From Lingula anatina (taxonomy: Eukaryota; Animalia; Brachiopoda): a stretch of DNA of 64,000 nt. Location: NCBI GenBank assembly GCA_051362555.1, contig CM120643.1, positions 28,772,848 to 28,836,847 of the forward strand, in the 5' to 3' direction. Shown piece by piece: positions 63,201 to 64,000 of this stretch (within the stretch, counting starts at the first letter, position 1; every line of letters begins with the position of its first letter). The notes beneath the pieces were generated by a model. It was not told the DNA's origin, ran no database searches, and was given only the letters and a program-made list of their open reading frames with translations. A program made the position numbers and the translations under genes.

Positions 63201-64000
63201 TCTAAATATATATATATATATACCTAACATGACATAATTCCCCCATTGCAGTAGTATAGAATGCTGTAATAAGATTATGAATATTCCAATTTTTTACATG
63301 TCTTATGTGAGGCTACAATGGTAATTGTATAAGAGGCTGTCTTTGCCCAGTATGAAACAAGTTTATATTTTGTTATTAAGCTTTTAGTTCACTTTAAGTT
63401 CCTGTATAATGTAAAACACACAGCTTTATTTAAACGTAGATATAACACATAGGCCCTAGTGATTTTGAAATGGGTACAGTATACCTTTAAGCCTTGTAAA
63501 CTGAATGCCATTTATTTAAATGAGTACTATGCAGTAGCAGCGATGCCTTTTCTGTAATGAAATATTCTTTAAACAATCACCTGTGTTGTGTTTAATAAGT
63601 GTAAAATCAATTTTTCTTAAATATTATGACAACCTTGTTATAAGGATATGACCCTGACCTGTGGTGATCTTAGAAATAGTTTCAAATGATCGGCAGTATG
63701 TCACTTAGTATGAATCGATAAAATAAACATGTTTCTGTGACATTGGCCGGGTTATCAAAATGTAGATATGATGACATTTTGTCCGAGCTAAAAATGCCAT
63801 GACCTTGAAAATAAGGTCATAACATTGACCTCTGGTGCCTTGAAAGCAATTGCATATTATTATCAGAACCTCACTTAGTAGGAAATTATATTTTAACATG
63901 CTTCTGTGACATCCAATTACAAAGGTTTAGATAATATGGGAATTTTCTGCTCGAAAAATGCAGTGTCCTTGAAATTAGGGTCATGACCTTGACCCCAAAT
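60237..64000 (+). mobile_element. Decayed Academ (AcademX-like) DNA transposon, right end beyond the window
   Basis: ~164-bp subterminal tandem repeats at ~60608-61400, with inverted copies from ~63640. Broken + strand motifs in colinear order: MIDLKPS (61574), FIRSVRIGNW (~62229), NADYLI (62623), AEDT (62677), AGEK (62939), LPTSD (63066) and FHSL (63088). These resemble Academ transposase and XPG-nuclease regions. Confidence 0.65.

Overview
AT-rich, intron- and repeat-rich animal genomic DNA; the 5S rRNA, SINE and transposon types suggest a lophotrochozoan-like invertebrate (inference). Nearly all ORFs in the supplied track are spurious, so I assembled genes by hand from GT-AG sites and reading-frame phase. 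From left to right: a solitary intact 5S rRNA gene (- strand); two tandem cytochrome b5 paralogues (+), the second canonical and tail-anchored, the first lacking the transmembrane exon and ending instead in a polybasic + CaaX motif (RPIRRRAKA-CILL*); an 11-exon M14A carboxypeptidase B-like gene (+); a 3-exon Ly6/uPAR three-finger GPI-type gene (-); and a pseudogenised carboxypeptidase paralogue in which a ~2.75-copy, ~1.56-kb tandem array carrying tRNA-like Pol III cassettes sits where exons 2-5 should be. The rest is non-autonomous DNA transposons (CACTA-, hAT-, Harbinger- and AcademH-like, one retaining a RecQ helicase fragment), a decayed AcademX-like transposon, a SINE and microsatellites. 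The most notable candidate novelty is the putatively geranylgeranylated cytochrome b5.
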